64,000 bases of DNA from Chiloscyllium plagiosum (taxonomy: Eukaryota), in assembly GCF_004010195.1 (NCBI RefSeq), contig NC_057749.1, positions 10,403,409 through 10,467,408 on the forward strand. The letters run 5' to 3'. This document shows, one piece after another, positions 39,380 to 52,959 of the stretch. Position numbers and translations under genes: made by a program. Below the pieces are notes generated by a model. It did not search any database, was not told the DNA's origin, and was given only the letters and a program-made list of their open reading frames with translations. How positions within the stretch are numbered: position 1 is the first letter of the stretch; every line of letters starts with the position of its first letter.

Positions 39380-40566
39380 AAGGAATGTGGTTTCCTTTTC
39401 CAGTAAAGCTCTGCTTTAATGACCTCATCACTCTTAACGGCCCCATCTTTCGCAATTAAATTCCTTTCAGCACAAGTCATTGAAAGCTATGGGTGGGAAC
39501 AAGGCAAGGTTTGAGACCCCAAGGTGGGGGTGAACTGTTGCAGTGTAAACAAGGAGGAAGTTAAAGGCTTGTAATATTTTCCCTAAACAATGGACCGTTC
39601 TTGACTCCCCTCCCTGACAACTCATTGGGTCATTGGGTCGACCTACAGCACATGGATTGCAGTGATTCAAGAAAGCAGCTCACTCCCACGGTCTCAAGGG
39701 CAGCTAGGGACAGACAATAAATGCTGGCTCAGCCAACAATACCCACATCCCGAGTGAGAACATCGCCAAAGTGATCCATTACGAATCCCTAAACAAAAAC
39801 TGCGGATGGTGTAAATTCGAAGCAAACACTGACAATGTTGGAAAAGCTCAGCAGATCTGGCAGCATCTGCTGAGAGAAATCAGAGTTAACGTTTGGGTCC
39901 GGTGACCCTTCCTTATTAAGAATTCCTGCCTCTGCTCTTAATCTCACCTTGGTATCTTTTTACCCAGAACCCAACCAAACCTGTGAACATCTCTAGTAAT
40001 ATCATTCTCTGGACCACCTAATACCAGCTCAATTGACCTCTTCCTGCACTCCATGAGATATTATCAATTCTGTGCTTTATATCTTAGAAGACATGTGGAG
40101 ATCATACATCATTTTCTATTAGCAGAGGAGCTTAGTGTTGAATGGCTTAAAATCTCTACTCTCATACGTCTTGCTGATTGTCTGCAATATTATTTATCTG
40201 TTTTTCTAGGACCCATACCCAAGATTAACTACAATAAACCACAGAACTGTGGGCACTTGAAACTTAAAACAAAAACAGAAATTGCTGCAGAAACACAGCA
40301 GGTTTGGCAGCACCTGTGGAGAGAAAGCAGAATTAATGTTCTGAAGATGTAATATATTTGGAAACATTATCAGGGCGAGAAAAAAAAGTGGAGTAACTTG
40401 ATCAGCCACAATCCCATTGAATGAAATAGAAGGCTTAAGGGGCACAGTGATCTTCCCATGCTGCTAATTTGTATGTTTTTTGTATATTCATTGAATGAAA
40501 AATAACCATTAAGAATTTGCGGATTTTCATTCATTTGGTCAGTATTGTTTAACTTGGTTTTCATTC

Positions 40567-41695
40567 AACACCAAGTTATAGTCCAACAGGTTTAACTGGA
40601 AGCACAGTAGCTTTCGGAGCGACGCTCCTTCATCAGATAGTTGTGGAGGACACAATTGTAAGGCACAGAATTTATGCCAAAAATTTACAGTGTGATGTAA
40701 CTGAAATTATACATTGAAAAATACCTTGTCTGTTGAGTCTTTCATCTGTTCGAATGATAGTTTCACTTCTTTCATGTGTAAATCATAAAACCTTTTTTTA
40801 AAAGTTGCACTCTCAGATTAACTGTAGCAATTGGTGTTAGCTAGACAATATGTTGAGGTTGTTAGCCCCCTGTGTTCTCTGTCTATGCCATGATGTTTAG
40901 ATTGATTCTAATCTAAAAAGTGAAATAACAGAGTTTTACATGAATTCAATGAGATTGTGACTGATCTAATCACTCCATATTCCGGTCTTGCCCCGATAAC
41001 ATTTCCAAATATATCACAAGATCAGTGGATCTTGAAAAACTTAGTACATCTTCTGAAAATTGCACGGATACTTGGGGCATGCTCAAGGAGCCTATATAGT
41101 GCAGAAACTCATTTAACCTCGATTATGAACAATTTCACCCTACACACTTGTTTCAAACACTGGCTGTAAATCAATCTCCAGCATTTGTTTTGTTGACATG
41201 CCTCAGGGAACCTGAGAGGACTACGAGATAAAGGAACTTTCTTTAGAATGGAAACTCCGGGATTAGAGGACTCTGAGTCCCCTATTGAGCAGTTTTTGAG
41301 CAAAGTACAATGTAACTCTGCAAGTGCAGAGGGGGCTAACACCTTCAATATATTATCTAGCTAATACCAATTGTTACAGTTAACCTAAGAATGCAACTTT
41401 AAAAAAAACGTTTTGTGATTTACTCATGAAAGAAGTGAAACTATCATGGTATTGGAACAGATAAAAGACTCAACAGACAATCAAGGTATTTTTCAATGTA
41501 TAATTTCAGTTACATCACACTGTAAACTTTTGCTATAAATTCTGTGCCTTACAATTGTGTCCTCCACAACTACCTGATGAAGGAGGACTACCTCCGAAAG
41601 CTAGTGTACTTCCAATTAAATCTGTTGGACTATAACCTGGTGCTATGTGATTTTTAACTTTGTACACTCCAGTCCAACACCCGGCATCTCCAAAT
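40567..41695. mobile_element. Fold-back PLE-derived element, family A, carrying a copied local segment
   Basis: Long inverted arms; 14-bp TSD cttggttttcattc at 40553-40566 and 41696-41709; hammerhead cores at about 40605-40640 (-) and 41571-41606 (+). Confidence 0.9.
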
Positions 41696-42049
41696 CTTGG
41701 TTTTCATTCTCCAGATTCAAAATGTTAATTCTGTTTCTCTCTCCACAGATGCTGTCTTACCTGCTGAGTTTCTCCAGCAATTTTTGTTTTCACCCAAGGT
41801 TGATTAACGCAGAGAATGGGTATCAGACGCACAAAATCAAACAATACTTTAACTCTCTGAACTCTCACATCAGGATCTCTGCTTTGTCACCTGTCTTAAC
41901 AGCTCACAATCCTCTATCCTCAAACGGAACTGCTGTTGACCCTATTATGTACCAGACAATGAGTGCTGACAGTATATGGATGTCAGATAAGGACAAGACA
42001 GGCCTCAACTGTGCAGGATCCTCTACACTACCAGTCCAGTGAACACAAA

Positions 42050-42790
42050 AGGCAGGAGGTTATGATGGAGCTGGTTATAATGTTATTTAGGCTGCAGTGA
42101 AGTACTGTGTGCAGATTTGGTTGACTCACTACAAGGAGAATGTGATTGCACTGAAGGGGATGGAGGTTAGATTCACCAGGATGTTGCCTGGTTTGAAGCA
42201 GTTTAGCTATGAAGAGAGAATAGCTAGACTGGGGCTGTTTTCCTCAGAGTAAAGATGGCTGAGGAGTAATCCGATTGAGGTGTACAACATTTTGTGGGGC
42301 ATAGACAGGGTGGATAGCAGAAACTTTTCCCACTAGTAGAGAGACCAATAACTGATGGGCACAGCTTTAGGGTAAGAAGTAGGAAAATGACAGGGGATTT
42401 GAGGAAAAGTAATGTTCATTCAGAGTCATAGTCATACAGCACGGAAACAGACCCTTTTGTCCAACCAGTCCATGCTGATCATAATCCCAAACTAAATTAT
42501 TCCCACCTGCCTGCTCCTGGCCCATATCCCCCCAAACGTTTCCTATCCATGTACTTATCCAAATGTCTTTTAAATGTTGCAAGTGTACTCACATCCACCA
42601 TTTCCTCAGGATTTCATTTCACATGCTATTCACTCAAGATTTGTGGCTATCTGGAACTCACTTCCTGAAAGAGTGATAGAGGCAGGAATCCACAAGACAT
42701 TAAAAAGCTATTTAGATGAACACAGCTTACAAGGCTAGGAATTAAGAGCTGGCAATTTGGATTAGAATAGATGAATATTTGATAATTGAC
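42050..42790 (+). mobile_element. Old CR1 fragment with a nested minus-strand CR1 tail (42420-42630)
   Basis: RFTRMLPGLKQFSYEERIARLGLFS-like translation; nested agagtcatagtcatacagcacggaaacag tail. Confidence 0.75.
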
Positions 42791-42797
42791 ATGATGG

Positions 42798-43002
42798 TTG
42801 AAAATATGTTGCTGGAAAAGCGCAGCAGGTCAGACAGCATCCAAGGAACAGGAGAATCGACGTTTTGGGCATAAGCCTTTCTTCAGGAATGCCCGAAACG
42901 TCGATTCTCCTGTTCCTTGGAATGCTGCCTGACCTGCTGCGCTTTTCCAGCAACACATTTTCAGCTCTGACCTCCAGCATCTGCAGTCCTCACTTTCTCC
43001 TC
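42798..43002. mobile_element. Mini fold-back PLE, family B
   Basis: Two inverted PLE termini; 14-bp TSD aattgacatgatgg at 42784-42797 and 43003-43016. Confidence 0.9.
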
Positions 43003-43674
43003 AATTGACATGATGGGCCAAAGAGCCTCTTTCCTTGCTGTAAAGATTCTAAGACATTACCAATACACCTCCTTTGACCACTCAGACCTCAAAATAACTT
43101 AAGGGTTGCAATGAGATCAGATGACTCTGAAGTGGGATGATGCAGTGAAGCGCAGCATGTGACTTAATACTTTACTCAATATTACTCAAAGCAACAGACC
43201 CACAAAGAAACAATATTCCAGTGAAATAATCTGAAACAGGGCAATATTAATCAAGGACTACATGTACAGGCACAATTGGACAAACAGTTTATTTCTGTGC
43301 TGTTTGATAACATTGTGTGGTGAAGTGCTTATTCTTCGGAGAAATGTATCGTCTATGAACCTTGCCTCTTTATTTTGATAACAACTCTATTCCTCCAGAT
43401 TCAGAAGCACTGTCAATGTGTGGCTATGAAATTTATAATTACCACGATATAAAGCACATTGCTCCACTAAGTCAACAGGGTTGCAGCATATACCTTGTAT
43501 CTGTCATAGGTTGTCAACGTGTTTCAGTGATCATTCATTCTATTTGACACAAAGTGTACCTATAATCAGTGCATGTAATGAAGATAGGTTCCAACACTGT
43601 AAATAAAACTTCCCATTCATTCCCTAGAAACCTACAGCATTCAATGGAGCTGAATAATTGGGATTTTGAAGGTT

Positions 43675-44200
43675 TCACAGACAGGTTTTCAGTCCAACTC
43701 AACCATGCCGACCAGATATTCCAACCCAATCTAGTCCCACCTGTCAGCACGTGTCCCATATCCCACCAAACCCTTCCTAATCTTATACCCATCCAGATGC
43801 CTTTTAAACATTGCAATTGTGCCAGCCTCCACCATTTCCTTTGGCAGCTCATTCCATACACATACCACCCTCTGTGTGAAAACGTTGCCCCTTGGGTTTC
43901 TTTTATATCTTTCCCCTCTCACCCTAAACCTATGCTTTCTAGTTCTGGTCTCCCCAACCCCATGGAAAAGACCTTGGCTATTCACCTTATCCATGCCCTT
44001 CATGATTTATAAACCTCTATAAGGTCACCCCTCAGCCTCCGACACTCAAGGGAAAACAGCCCCAGCCTATTCAATTTGTCCCCTTTGCTCAAATCCTCCA
44101 ACCCTGGCAACGTCCTTGTAAATCTTTTCTGAACTCTTTCAGGTTTCACAACATCCTTCAGACAGAAAGGAAATCAGAATTGCATGCAATATTCCAAAAG
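43675..44200 (-). mobile_element. CR1 3' fragment
   Basis: ORF 43731..44003 RTRKHRFRVRG...FTQRVVCVWNELP. Confidence 0.9.
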
Positions 44201-44814
44201 AATGTATTTCTTGCTCATGATATGCAAAACGTAGTTGCAACAATGAACATCACTGGTAAAGATTGCACTTGCTGCCCATCCCTAACCACCCTTGACAGTG
44301 TCAATTGTTTCTCACTCTGATTTGAATATCAAAGGAAGTTTATTTTTCAAAAACAAAACATTGATATCCATGTAACTCAGCTGACTAATGTGGCTGTTTC
44401 ACTTTCATAAAAAAATCATCATTGACTCAGAACTAAGGGTGGAAGTGCCACCTTCCAAGTACCCTAAAGATTTTCCAAACAATAGACCTGCTGTATAATG
44501 CTTCAGATGAAAATGATCAGTTCCATAAATGGTGAGATCATAACTCCCACCTCAACACCAAGCGAAAACTGGCAACTAACACATGAAGCTTATCGTGAAC
44601 ATCACCCTCTAATTTAACTGATGTAACAGTCACATAAACCCAATTACACTTGGCTAAAATCACTATACGTGGCTGTGGTTCACAAAGGGGATTAGTGGAA
44701 AGGCTCATGGCACACTTAACTCAAATTACAAAGATTACCACACTAAGGGGGAAGGGGTGATGGTGGAGTTAAGATATAGATTAGTGTGAGGTACGTTGTG
44801 TGATTTCCCTTCAG

Positions 44815-45437
44815 TCGTAGAGTCATAGAGATGTACAACACAGAAACAGACCTTTGGTCCAACTCGTCCATGCTGACCACATATCCTAACCTGATATAGT
44901 CCCATTTGTCAGCACTTGGCCCAGATCCCTCTAAACCCTTCCTATTCATATACCCATCCAGGTGTCTTTTAAATGCTGTAATTAGACCAGCCTCCATCAC
45001 TTCCTCTGGCAGCTCATTCCACACACACACACACCTGCCCTTTAGGTCCCTTTTATATTTTTCCCCTCTCACCCTAAACCTATACCCTCTAGTTCTGAAC
45101 TCCCCCACCCCAGAGAAAAGACCTTGTCTATTTATCCTATCCATATCCTTCATGATTTTATAAACCTTTATAACGTCACCCCTCTGCCTCCAACACTCCA
45201 GGGAAAACAGCCCCAGCCTATTAGCCTCTCCCTATAGCTCAAATCCCCCAACCTTGGCAACATCCTTGTAAATATTTTCTGAACCCTGTCAAGATTAACA
45301 TCCCTCTAATAAGAAGGAGACCAGAACTGCACGCAATACTCCAAAAGTGGCCGAACCCGTACAGCTGCAACACGACCTACTAACTCATATACTCAATGCT
45401 TAATTAATAAAGGAAAGCATACCAAACACTTTCTTCA
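44815..45437 (-). mobile_element. CR1 3' fragment
   Basis: ORF 44743..45153 and CR1 3'UTR. Confidence 0.9.
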
Positions 45438-47136
45438 AATTTGCAAATGGGACTAGATCGATTTAGGAAATCGACATGGACGAGTTGGACCAAAGGATCT
45501 ATTTCCATGCTGTATGACTCTATAACTCTCTCCTCCTCTGTGTTCCTCCTTTAACTAAGTTCTCTCCCTGTTCCTCTTTGCCTTTCCCTTGCCTCAGATA
45601 GGGAAACCTAACTCTTATACCAGGCTTTAGTGATCAACTCTAAAACCACTTTCTTTGTCTCCTGTGGTAGTCTTGGTCTGATAACGATACTGTAAAGTAT
45701 CTTGGGAGATTTGACATGGAGGGAAAACAGTTGTCGATACAGCTAAAGTTACATTTTTTATGAGGACTTGAGGTTCAGGTCCAGAGACCAGCGTATACTA
45801 AATTTTCATGCATCGATTTTAACTGAGATGTCCAACGTGGAGTGCACTGGCTAAATAACAGGCCTTCTTTTCCAGCTCAATTGTATTCTGGAGTTTCAGA
45901 GCTGCATGAGGGTGTATCATTCATTGCTGTTGGAGCTTAAAGAGTGAAAGTGTTCTTGTTTCGCAATAAGTCTTTATCTCCAGCTCTCAACATCCAGAAC
46001 AGTCATGCTATTGTCTACTTAGCTACGAGTTTGAAAGAAGGAGACAGAATGGCACACTTGTGGTTAGTCACTCCTTACCTTGTACATTGCATTCCTTTGG
46101 TAGTGAAGATACAGAAAGCTTTCAATATTATTTCATGCCCATTACGTAAGTACATAATGATAAGATGTAGCATGCGTGCATGGTAAGGGAGATAGCGATC
46201 TGACCTTGAAAAAAAATTGACAAATATTTTGTTTGACCAGGGCAATGACAAGTTAAGTTGTTTCAGTGCACTGAACTGAACTGAACTGATATTGGCTTGG
46301 AGTGCTCACAGACCGATTCATAGCCATACTTGCAAGGGCTCATCCTTGCTGACTACACCAGTTTCTAATTTTTCTGCTTCAGAATCTCCAAATCAGGCAC
46401 ATCATCCAAATTTTATTGGTGCCACCATTGTCTTCAACAACCAAAACCCAAAGGCTCTCAAATGTTCTCTTTATGTCTCTCTACCTCTCTATCCTTATTC
46501 AATACACTCCAATCCTAATATTCATTCTTGTCAACTTGTGAAAGATTTCAGGGGGTAGGCAGGAATACGAATTTGAGGTTCCAATCTGAGTGAATGGTGC
46601 AGCAGGTGCGAGTCAAGGGGATGAATGGACTTCGCCTGTTCCTTGTTCAGATCTAACGACTCCATGGATGGCGTTGGAATGCTCCTGTGAAGCACCTTAG
46701 GATGTTTTATCATATTAAAGACACTATCCGCATGCAGGTTGTTGTTGCAGTAGAAGAGAGTCTTTATGACTGACCTATCTCTGATCACTTGCAAGTCTTC
46801 CAGTTTGATGGGTCTCCCTCAATGGCATCTTTCTGTTGGGGAATAGGTGAAGGAGGGGGAGGGGATTAGTCCCCCTCCTGTAATTCTCTACTCTTAACAT
46901 CAGCTATGGTTCAGTTGGCAGCACTCTTATCTCAGAGTATGAGGGTTATGGGAGTTCAAGGTAGACACTCCAGTGCTATGGGCATGCCTGTCCTGCTGCA
47001 GGTAGGGGTTGGGATCAGACGTTTATCTAAGGTCCCAGCGTTCTACCTGAATGGCATTAAGAGATCCCATGGCACTAATTTGAAGAGTTGCCCCCTGGGA
47101 TACTGAATACTTATCCCCTAAAACACCAAACAAAAA

Positions 47137-47363
47137 GTTTGCACATTCTCCCCGTGTCTGCGTGGGTTTCCTCCGGGTGCTCCGGTTTAATCCCACAGTC
47201 CAAAAATGTGCAGGTTAGGTGAATTGGCCATGCTGAATTGCCGTAGTGTTAGGTGAAGGGGTAAAATGTAGGGGAGTGGGTCTGGGTGGGTTGCACTTCG
47301 GCTGGTCAGTGTGGACTTGTTGGGTCTGTTTCCACACTGTAAGTCATCTAATCTAATCTAATC
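47137..47363 (+). mobile_element. 5'-truncated HE1/V-SINE-type SINE
   Basis: Starts at gtttgcacattctccccgtg; (ctaat)n tail. Confidence 0.88.
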
Positions 47364-50300
47364 ATTAGTGCATTACCATAGTATTGCTTGTGCAAGCTTG
47401 CTGTGTGCACATTGGCTAACATGTTTCCTACATTATAACAGTATCTATATTTGGACAATACTTCCTTGGTTGTACAGCACTTGGGGATGTTCACTCTTCG
47501 TGCACCATACAAATGTGAATCTTTCGCATTTACTTGTGCACAGCAAGATCCCACATGAACTAAATGACTTGATAATTTTTTTCTGCCATATTGGTTTGAG
47601 GGATGGGTACTGGTCAGGGCACTGGCCTGCTGTTCATAATAGTGCATGGTTAAAACCCCTTGAGATGGCACACAGAATCTCAGGTTAATGTTCCCCTCCA
47701 AAATGGCGGCACCACCAACAGCATGCAGCATACCCTGAGAACTGCAATGTAATGTCATTTTAAAGTTCTGCGCTCAAGCCTCTAACCATCAGGTATAAAA
47801 GCAACCCATCAAATCAAGCCTGAAACTTTACAAAAGGTCACCCTTTTCAAATTCTCTCCCAGTGTGAACCTATTTGGATGACTCAGACGTTTTGTGATTC
47901 CAGAGTTCGGCGACTTTGGAGGCAAAGCAGCAGCTTCTGAGGGGCTTTGATTGCCAAATAGTGGGGTGGGGTGGGGGTGGGGACATAGCTTTAGTTTTTG
48001 ACTGGTACATGTGGAGGAAACTGGAGTTGAGCAATGGGAGGGGTGATTAAAAAAGAAGGGTTTCTACAAAAAGGAACAAACATTTAAGTTTTCTAAGGCT
48101 GTGTTTATTCAGCCACAAATAGTTTTCCATTCGGCCACTCCAAACAATAGGAAGGGAAATATGAGATCTAAATGAGGCCTGAAAGTTGCTAGCATCCAAT
48201 ACCAACTTCAAGTCAACCACCGCTGCTTTGAAACTCCTGACCCTAAAATCATGCCTCATGGACCCATAGGGGTCATAACCCACAGTTTGGGAAGCCCTGA
48301 CATTAAGACACAAGAGTGGTGGAAGCGAATACAATTTTGTCCTTTAAGAAACATTTACACAGGTCCATGGATGGGATAGGTATAGAGGAATATGGGTCAA
48401 ATTCAGACAAGTGACTAGTTTAACTGGGTGGCACGGGCAGATTGGGCTGAAGGGCCTTTTTTCATGCTCTATTTGTCACACTGACGTACACTGACTAAAC
48501 ATGCTCTTCAGATAAGGAGCTATGCCAATGTCCTAAACTAAGAGCTTATCAAAAGAATGCTCATGCTACGCTGCATCATTCCCTCTGTATTGGATGGTCA
48601 TCCATCTTGATTTTATATTCAAGTACAGGGTTGTGGTTTTAATTCACAAACTTCTAATCAGAAACAAAAAATGATAACAAACCAACCTTGACAAGCTACT
48701 GCATAAATTATTATTTAATTAGGATTGCGTTTATGATTATGGCATTTTAATATGATTAGGCAAAGTCAACAGACCCAGATGTACATTGATAATGTAGAAA
48801 CTTCATTGTTCTGGGACTATGGCTGATATTGCGGAATCATGTAACAGAAATTAACAACATTTGCGAGTAAGAGCATGCAAAGAACTGCTCCTGCAATGTA
48901 TCAAAGTATGCATATCTCACTCTGGAGACAGAGGATTACAAATGGCAGCTGGGAGGGAAGTGGAGTTTGTCATTGCACCTCTGGTACAAGCTGAGTGTGA
49001 GTCCACCCATCTTTTGATCCTCCCAACAAAGGATGCAACAGGAACTCCATTCTGCTATCACTAGGACAAATATGATGATGCCCCATCAATTTTCACAACT
49101 GTGCCTCAACATTGAAGAGAAGAAAAACAATGTAGTTAAACAAGAGGCAACTCCTCCCTGCTCTTCTTCAGACAAGGATCTCCAACACAGCTCCTGGTTC
49201 CGACAATCCTTGGCACCTCCTAGTGCAGAGTTAACATTGTTGCTCAGGGGTAACAGTTGAGACCAGTTGAGATTCAGAGTTTGCTGCCAGATTGAAACTT
49301 TACAAATGTTACACGTGATAGGGCACAGGGTTGTGTCAGTGAAAAATTGCATGGTACACAAAACAGGCAAGAAGCTAGGAAAGAAAAACAAGGAACGAAC
49401 AAGGCAAAAATAAAACGCTTCTTCCTCCCACCCCATAAATCTACATAATAAACTGTTTTCATGTATATAGAACCTTTCAGAATCCCTCAAATTTGCAATC
49501 AATGAAGTATTTAGAAGTGTAGTAATTGTTCTAATATAAGAAAAACTAAAGACACCCCTCAGCCCTACATCTCAGCAACCAAAATCACTTCCGCCTCAGC
49601 AACTGCTCTTATGTCTCCAGATTTTCTAAGTCATCAAGATAGATCACATTGGGGAAAAATTTGGGAAGCTGTGCTCTGTGCAAAGTGTCAGACTGGACTC
49701 AAATGGGTTGCTTTTAATTCTGCTGGCTATAGGTACATGTTCCATTCTAGAGACTTGAGTATAAAACATTTAGGCTGATATTGCATTGCAGAACTCAGTG
49801 GATACTGCACTGTGGTAGTGCTATCTTTCAGACAGGCACCATTAATGTGAGATTCCGCTGCCCTATCAGGGTCTTAAATGTGGTACCATTTTGAAGAGCA
49901 GGCTAATTCTCCTGCTGCCTTGACCGATACTCATTCCTCAACCAATATCACTGAAAGAGGTTATCAGGTCACTTATTAAATGGCTGTTTGTGAGATCTTG
50001 CTGTGCACAGCAGTCACCTTGCAAGATCCAATTAATGGCTATAAAACAAATGGCCAGGTCATCTGACTAAACAATTTTGCTTAATTTGTGCTCCATTTTC
50101 AGCCTAAACTGATCAGAAAATCTAGGCTAATAACTCCAGCTACCAGATCCAAGAGACTGTGTGAAAGTAAATTCAGCAACTGAACATTTAGCTAAGGATT
50201 GCCTCCTCACCTCTGACCTCTGACAGTACTCATTCATCACAAATCACTGATCCAACCGCCATCTAATTAAAGGTCTGAAAACTTCCTGGTGATTTATTTA

Positions 50301-50489
50301 CTCTTGGACTGGCGACTGTGACGCTGTGAATGGCAGTTTCTAATACACTCAATGCCACAGCATGAGGAATGGTCCCATTATCATGGGGAAAGGTACAATT
50401 GTGTTAAAATGAACCTACCTCAAAAATGTTTGTTAAAGAAAATTATATAGAACACTGAGCTACAAAAACAGGTCATTTTGCCCACAAGT

Positions 50490-50892
50490 TAGAAAAATGA
50501 GAGGTGATCTCATTGAAATGTATAGAATTCTTACATGGCTTTAAATTGTAAACAGTGAGACGAAGTATCCCCTCATGGGAGAGTCTAGGACTAGAGGGCA
50601 TAGTCTGAGAACAAGGGAGCACCAATTTCAGACTGAGATGTCGAGGAATTTTTTTCTCAGAGGATTGAGAGTCTTTGGAACTCCTTGCCACAGAAAGCTG
50701 TGGGGGCAGCATCCTTGTGTATATTTATGGCTGAGATAGATTTTTGATCAGTCGGGAAATTAGGGGGTTATGGGGAAAGGGTAGGAAAGTGGACATAAGG
50801 AATGTCAGATTATTCCTGATTCTAATGAATGGTGAAGCAGGCTTGAGGGGCTGAATGTCCCGCTCCTGTTCCTATTTCTTACAGTTTTATGA
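50490..50892 (+). mobile_element. CR1 3' fragment
   Basis: MRGDLIEMYRIL...RTRGHSL...FFSQR motifs. Confidence 0.8.
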
Positions 50893-52507
50893 TTGTCTGT
50901 TTTCTGATCTTACTGCACATGAAGGTAGCTCACCACCACATTCACAAAGACAATTAAGGATGAGCAAATAATGTTTATCAAATAATGTTAAAAAAGGCTG
51001 CTATTTATGCTGTATATGAGCTACCTTCCATCTTACTTCACCTCACCTTACTGGGCTAAACTTCAATTCCTCACTCTTTCAATCATCTTTCATTTGTGAC
51101 TTATCTGAAAGACATTTTAAGGTTTTGATGTTTTCTTAAACTTGGCATATACTGGTAAATTCACAGACAATGCTAGTCACACTCTGCAAACCAAACTGGG
51201 GTTAACACCCTGAGCCGAAGACTGGGGAAGTGTAAAGCATTGGGTTGAACTCACAATGTTTCATGCTTTGCTGATGACAATTCATTGTAGATCTTAGTAA
51301 TTAAATGGGTCGACATGGTTTCTTTCTGATTCAGGTCAGAAAACTATCATCACGAATGGGAGTCTTCAAACCAAATGAAGTGATTTTGTACCACATTGCT
51401 CTGGCCATGTCGATAGCAGATTTTGAGAAAAATAAAGGAAGAACTGCAGACGCTGGAGATCTGAAACAAGCAAAAGCAGAAATTGCAGAATTCTGAACAA
51501 GGGTCATTGGATTCAAAATGTTAACTGTTTTTCTCTCCATAGGTGGTGCCAAATCTTCTGAGTTTCTCCAGCAATTTGTTTGTTTCAACTTCACAGAAAT
51601 GACTAACTAATAATTTGTAACATACTTCAAAGAAACCCCAGTTTTATCATGTGCCTTAAAACGATATCTTAAACCCTTCTTGAAGTAATTACCCAATTTC
51701 ATTACAGAAGGCATGACTGAAATTGTGACCCTGAGACAGTGCCTCTTCAAAGAACAAAAGCAATTCAATAATGCTTTATCACCGCTTTATCAAGGGCAAT
51801 AAATGCTGGACTTGGCACCTGCTCTCACAGCCTGGGAATAAGTGAAAAGTTAGTGATTTGGGAAGAAATGTTTGTGTATCAAATGTCTTGAATCACTTCT
51901 GGCCTGTTTTATCTCACTGCTCAATAATTGATCACTATGTCATGAAAGGTGTTAAAGTTATAACAATAGATGTAATTTTACAAACTTGGCATCCTTTGCT
52001 GAATTCATGATAAAAGATGAGAGAATGTAAAACTCCAGCATATCATAATTTTCAACATTGAAGAGGAAATAACATGCTTGTCATAAAAAAAAACAAGGGG
52101 AGCCAGGGATCTTGTGATTTTACCTGAGGCATTCAATAAGCATTTGGAACATATAAAGAACTTGTGGGACTAAAATAATTAAGAAATACACCAAATAAAT
52201 CAAACAAATGAGAAAGGAATTAATTGTGCTAACTCACTGTGTCACCCAGGCTGCTCTCCGTTTAATGAAATTTGCAAACCAGCTTGTTAAATGTCAATAC
52301 TGTCAAAAGTTAATTTGGAAAAATGTGCCAATAGTTATGTCTCACTGTTCCACAAGCCATCACAAATATACAAAGACCCAATGAGAGCACCAAGATAACC
52401 AATTACTCTCACTGACTGCTTTTCAGGACAAATTCAAACTAGGTTTAATCTTTAACAAAGCAAAGGAGGCAATAGCCTCATGGTATTTTCAATGGACTGT
52501 TAATCAA

Positions 52508-52955
52508 GAGAGAAAGTGGGGACTGAAGATGCTGGAGACCAGAGTTGAAAAATGTGGTGCTGGAAAAACACAGCAGGCCAGGCAGCATCCGAGGAGCAGG
52601 AGAGTCGATGTTTTGGGCATAAGCCCTTCTTCAGGAATTACATTCATCCCGTGTGGTTGGAGGGTTCCTAGGCGGAAGATGAGGCGCTCTTCCTTCAGGC
52701 GTCTTGTGGCCAGGGTCTGGCGATGGAAGAAGCCAAGGCTGTTTCGTTGGTTGGTGCGGGTGTCCCAGAGGTGTTCCCTGAAACGTTCCGCAAGTAGGCG
52801 GCCTGTGTCCCCAATGTAGAGGAGACCACATCGGGTGAGGCGGATACAGTAAATGATGTGTGTGGAGGTGCAGGTGAATTTGCGACGGATATAGAAGGAT
52901 CCTTTGGGGCCTTGGAGGGAGGTGAGGGGGGAGGTGTGGGTGCAAATTTGGGCCA
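52508..52955 (-). mobile_element. Penelope-like fragment (GIY-YIG plus terminus), internally deleted
   Basis: IIYCIRLTRCGLLYIGDTGRLLAERFREH...LGTLQPHGMN joined directly to the hammerhead-bearing terminus. Confidence 0.9.
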
Positions 52956-52959
52956 CAGA

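Noticed and set aside
38866..39455. Short ORFs in the duplicated segment as a gene
   Set aside because: No recognisable motif and no consistent long frame
49033..49502. Overlapping 75-aa and 138-aa ORFs as a coding exon
   Set aside because: No recognisable homology or convincing splice-site pair; cannot be supported
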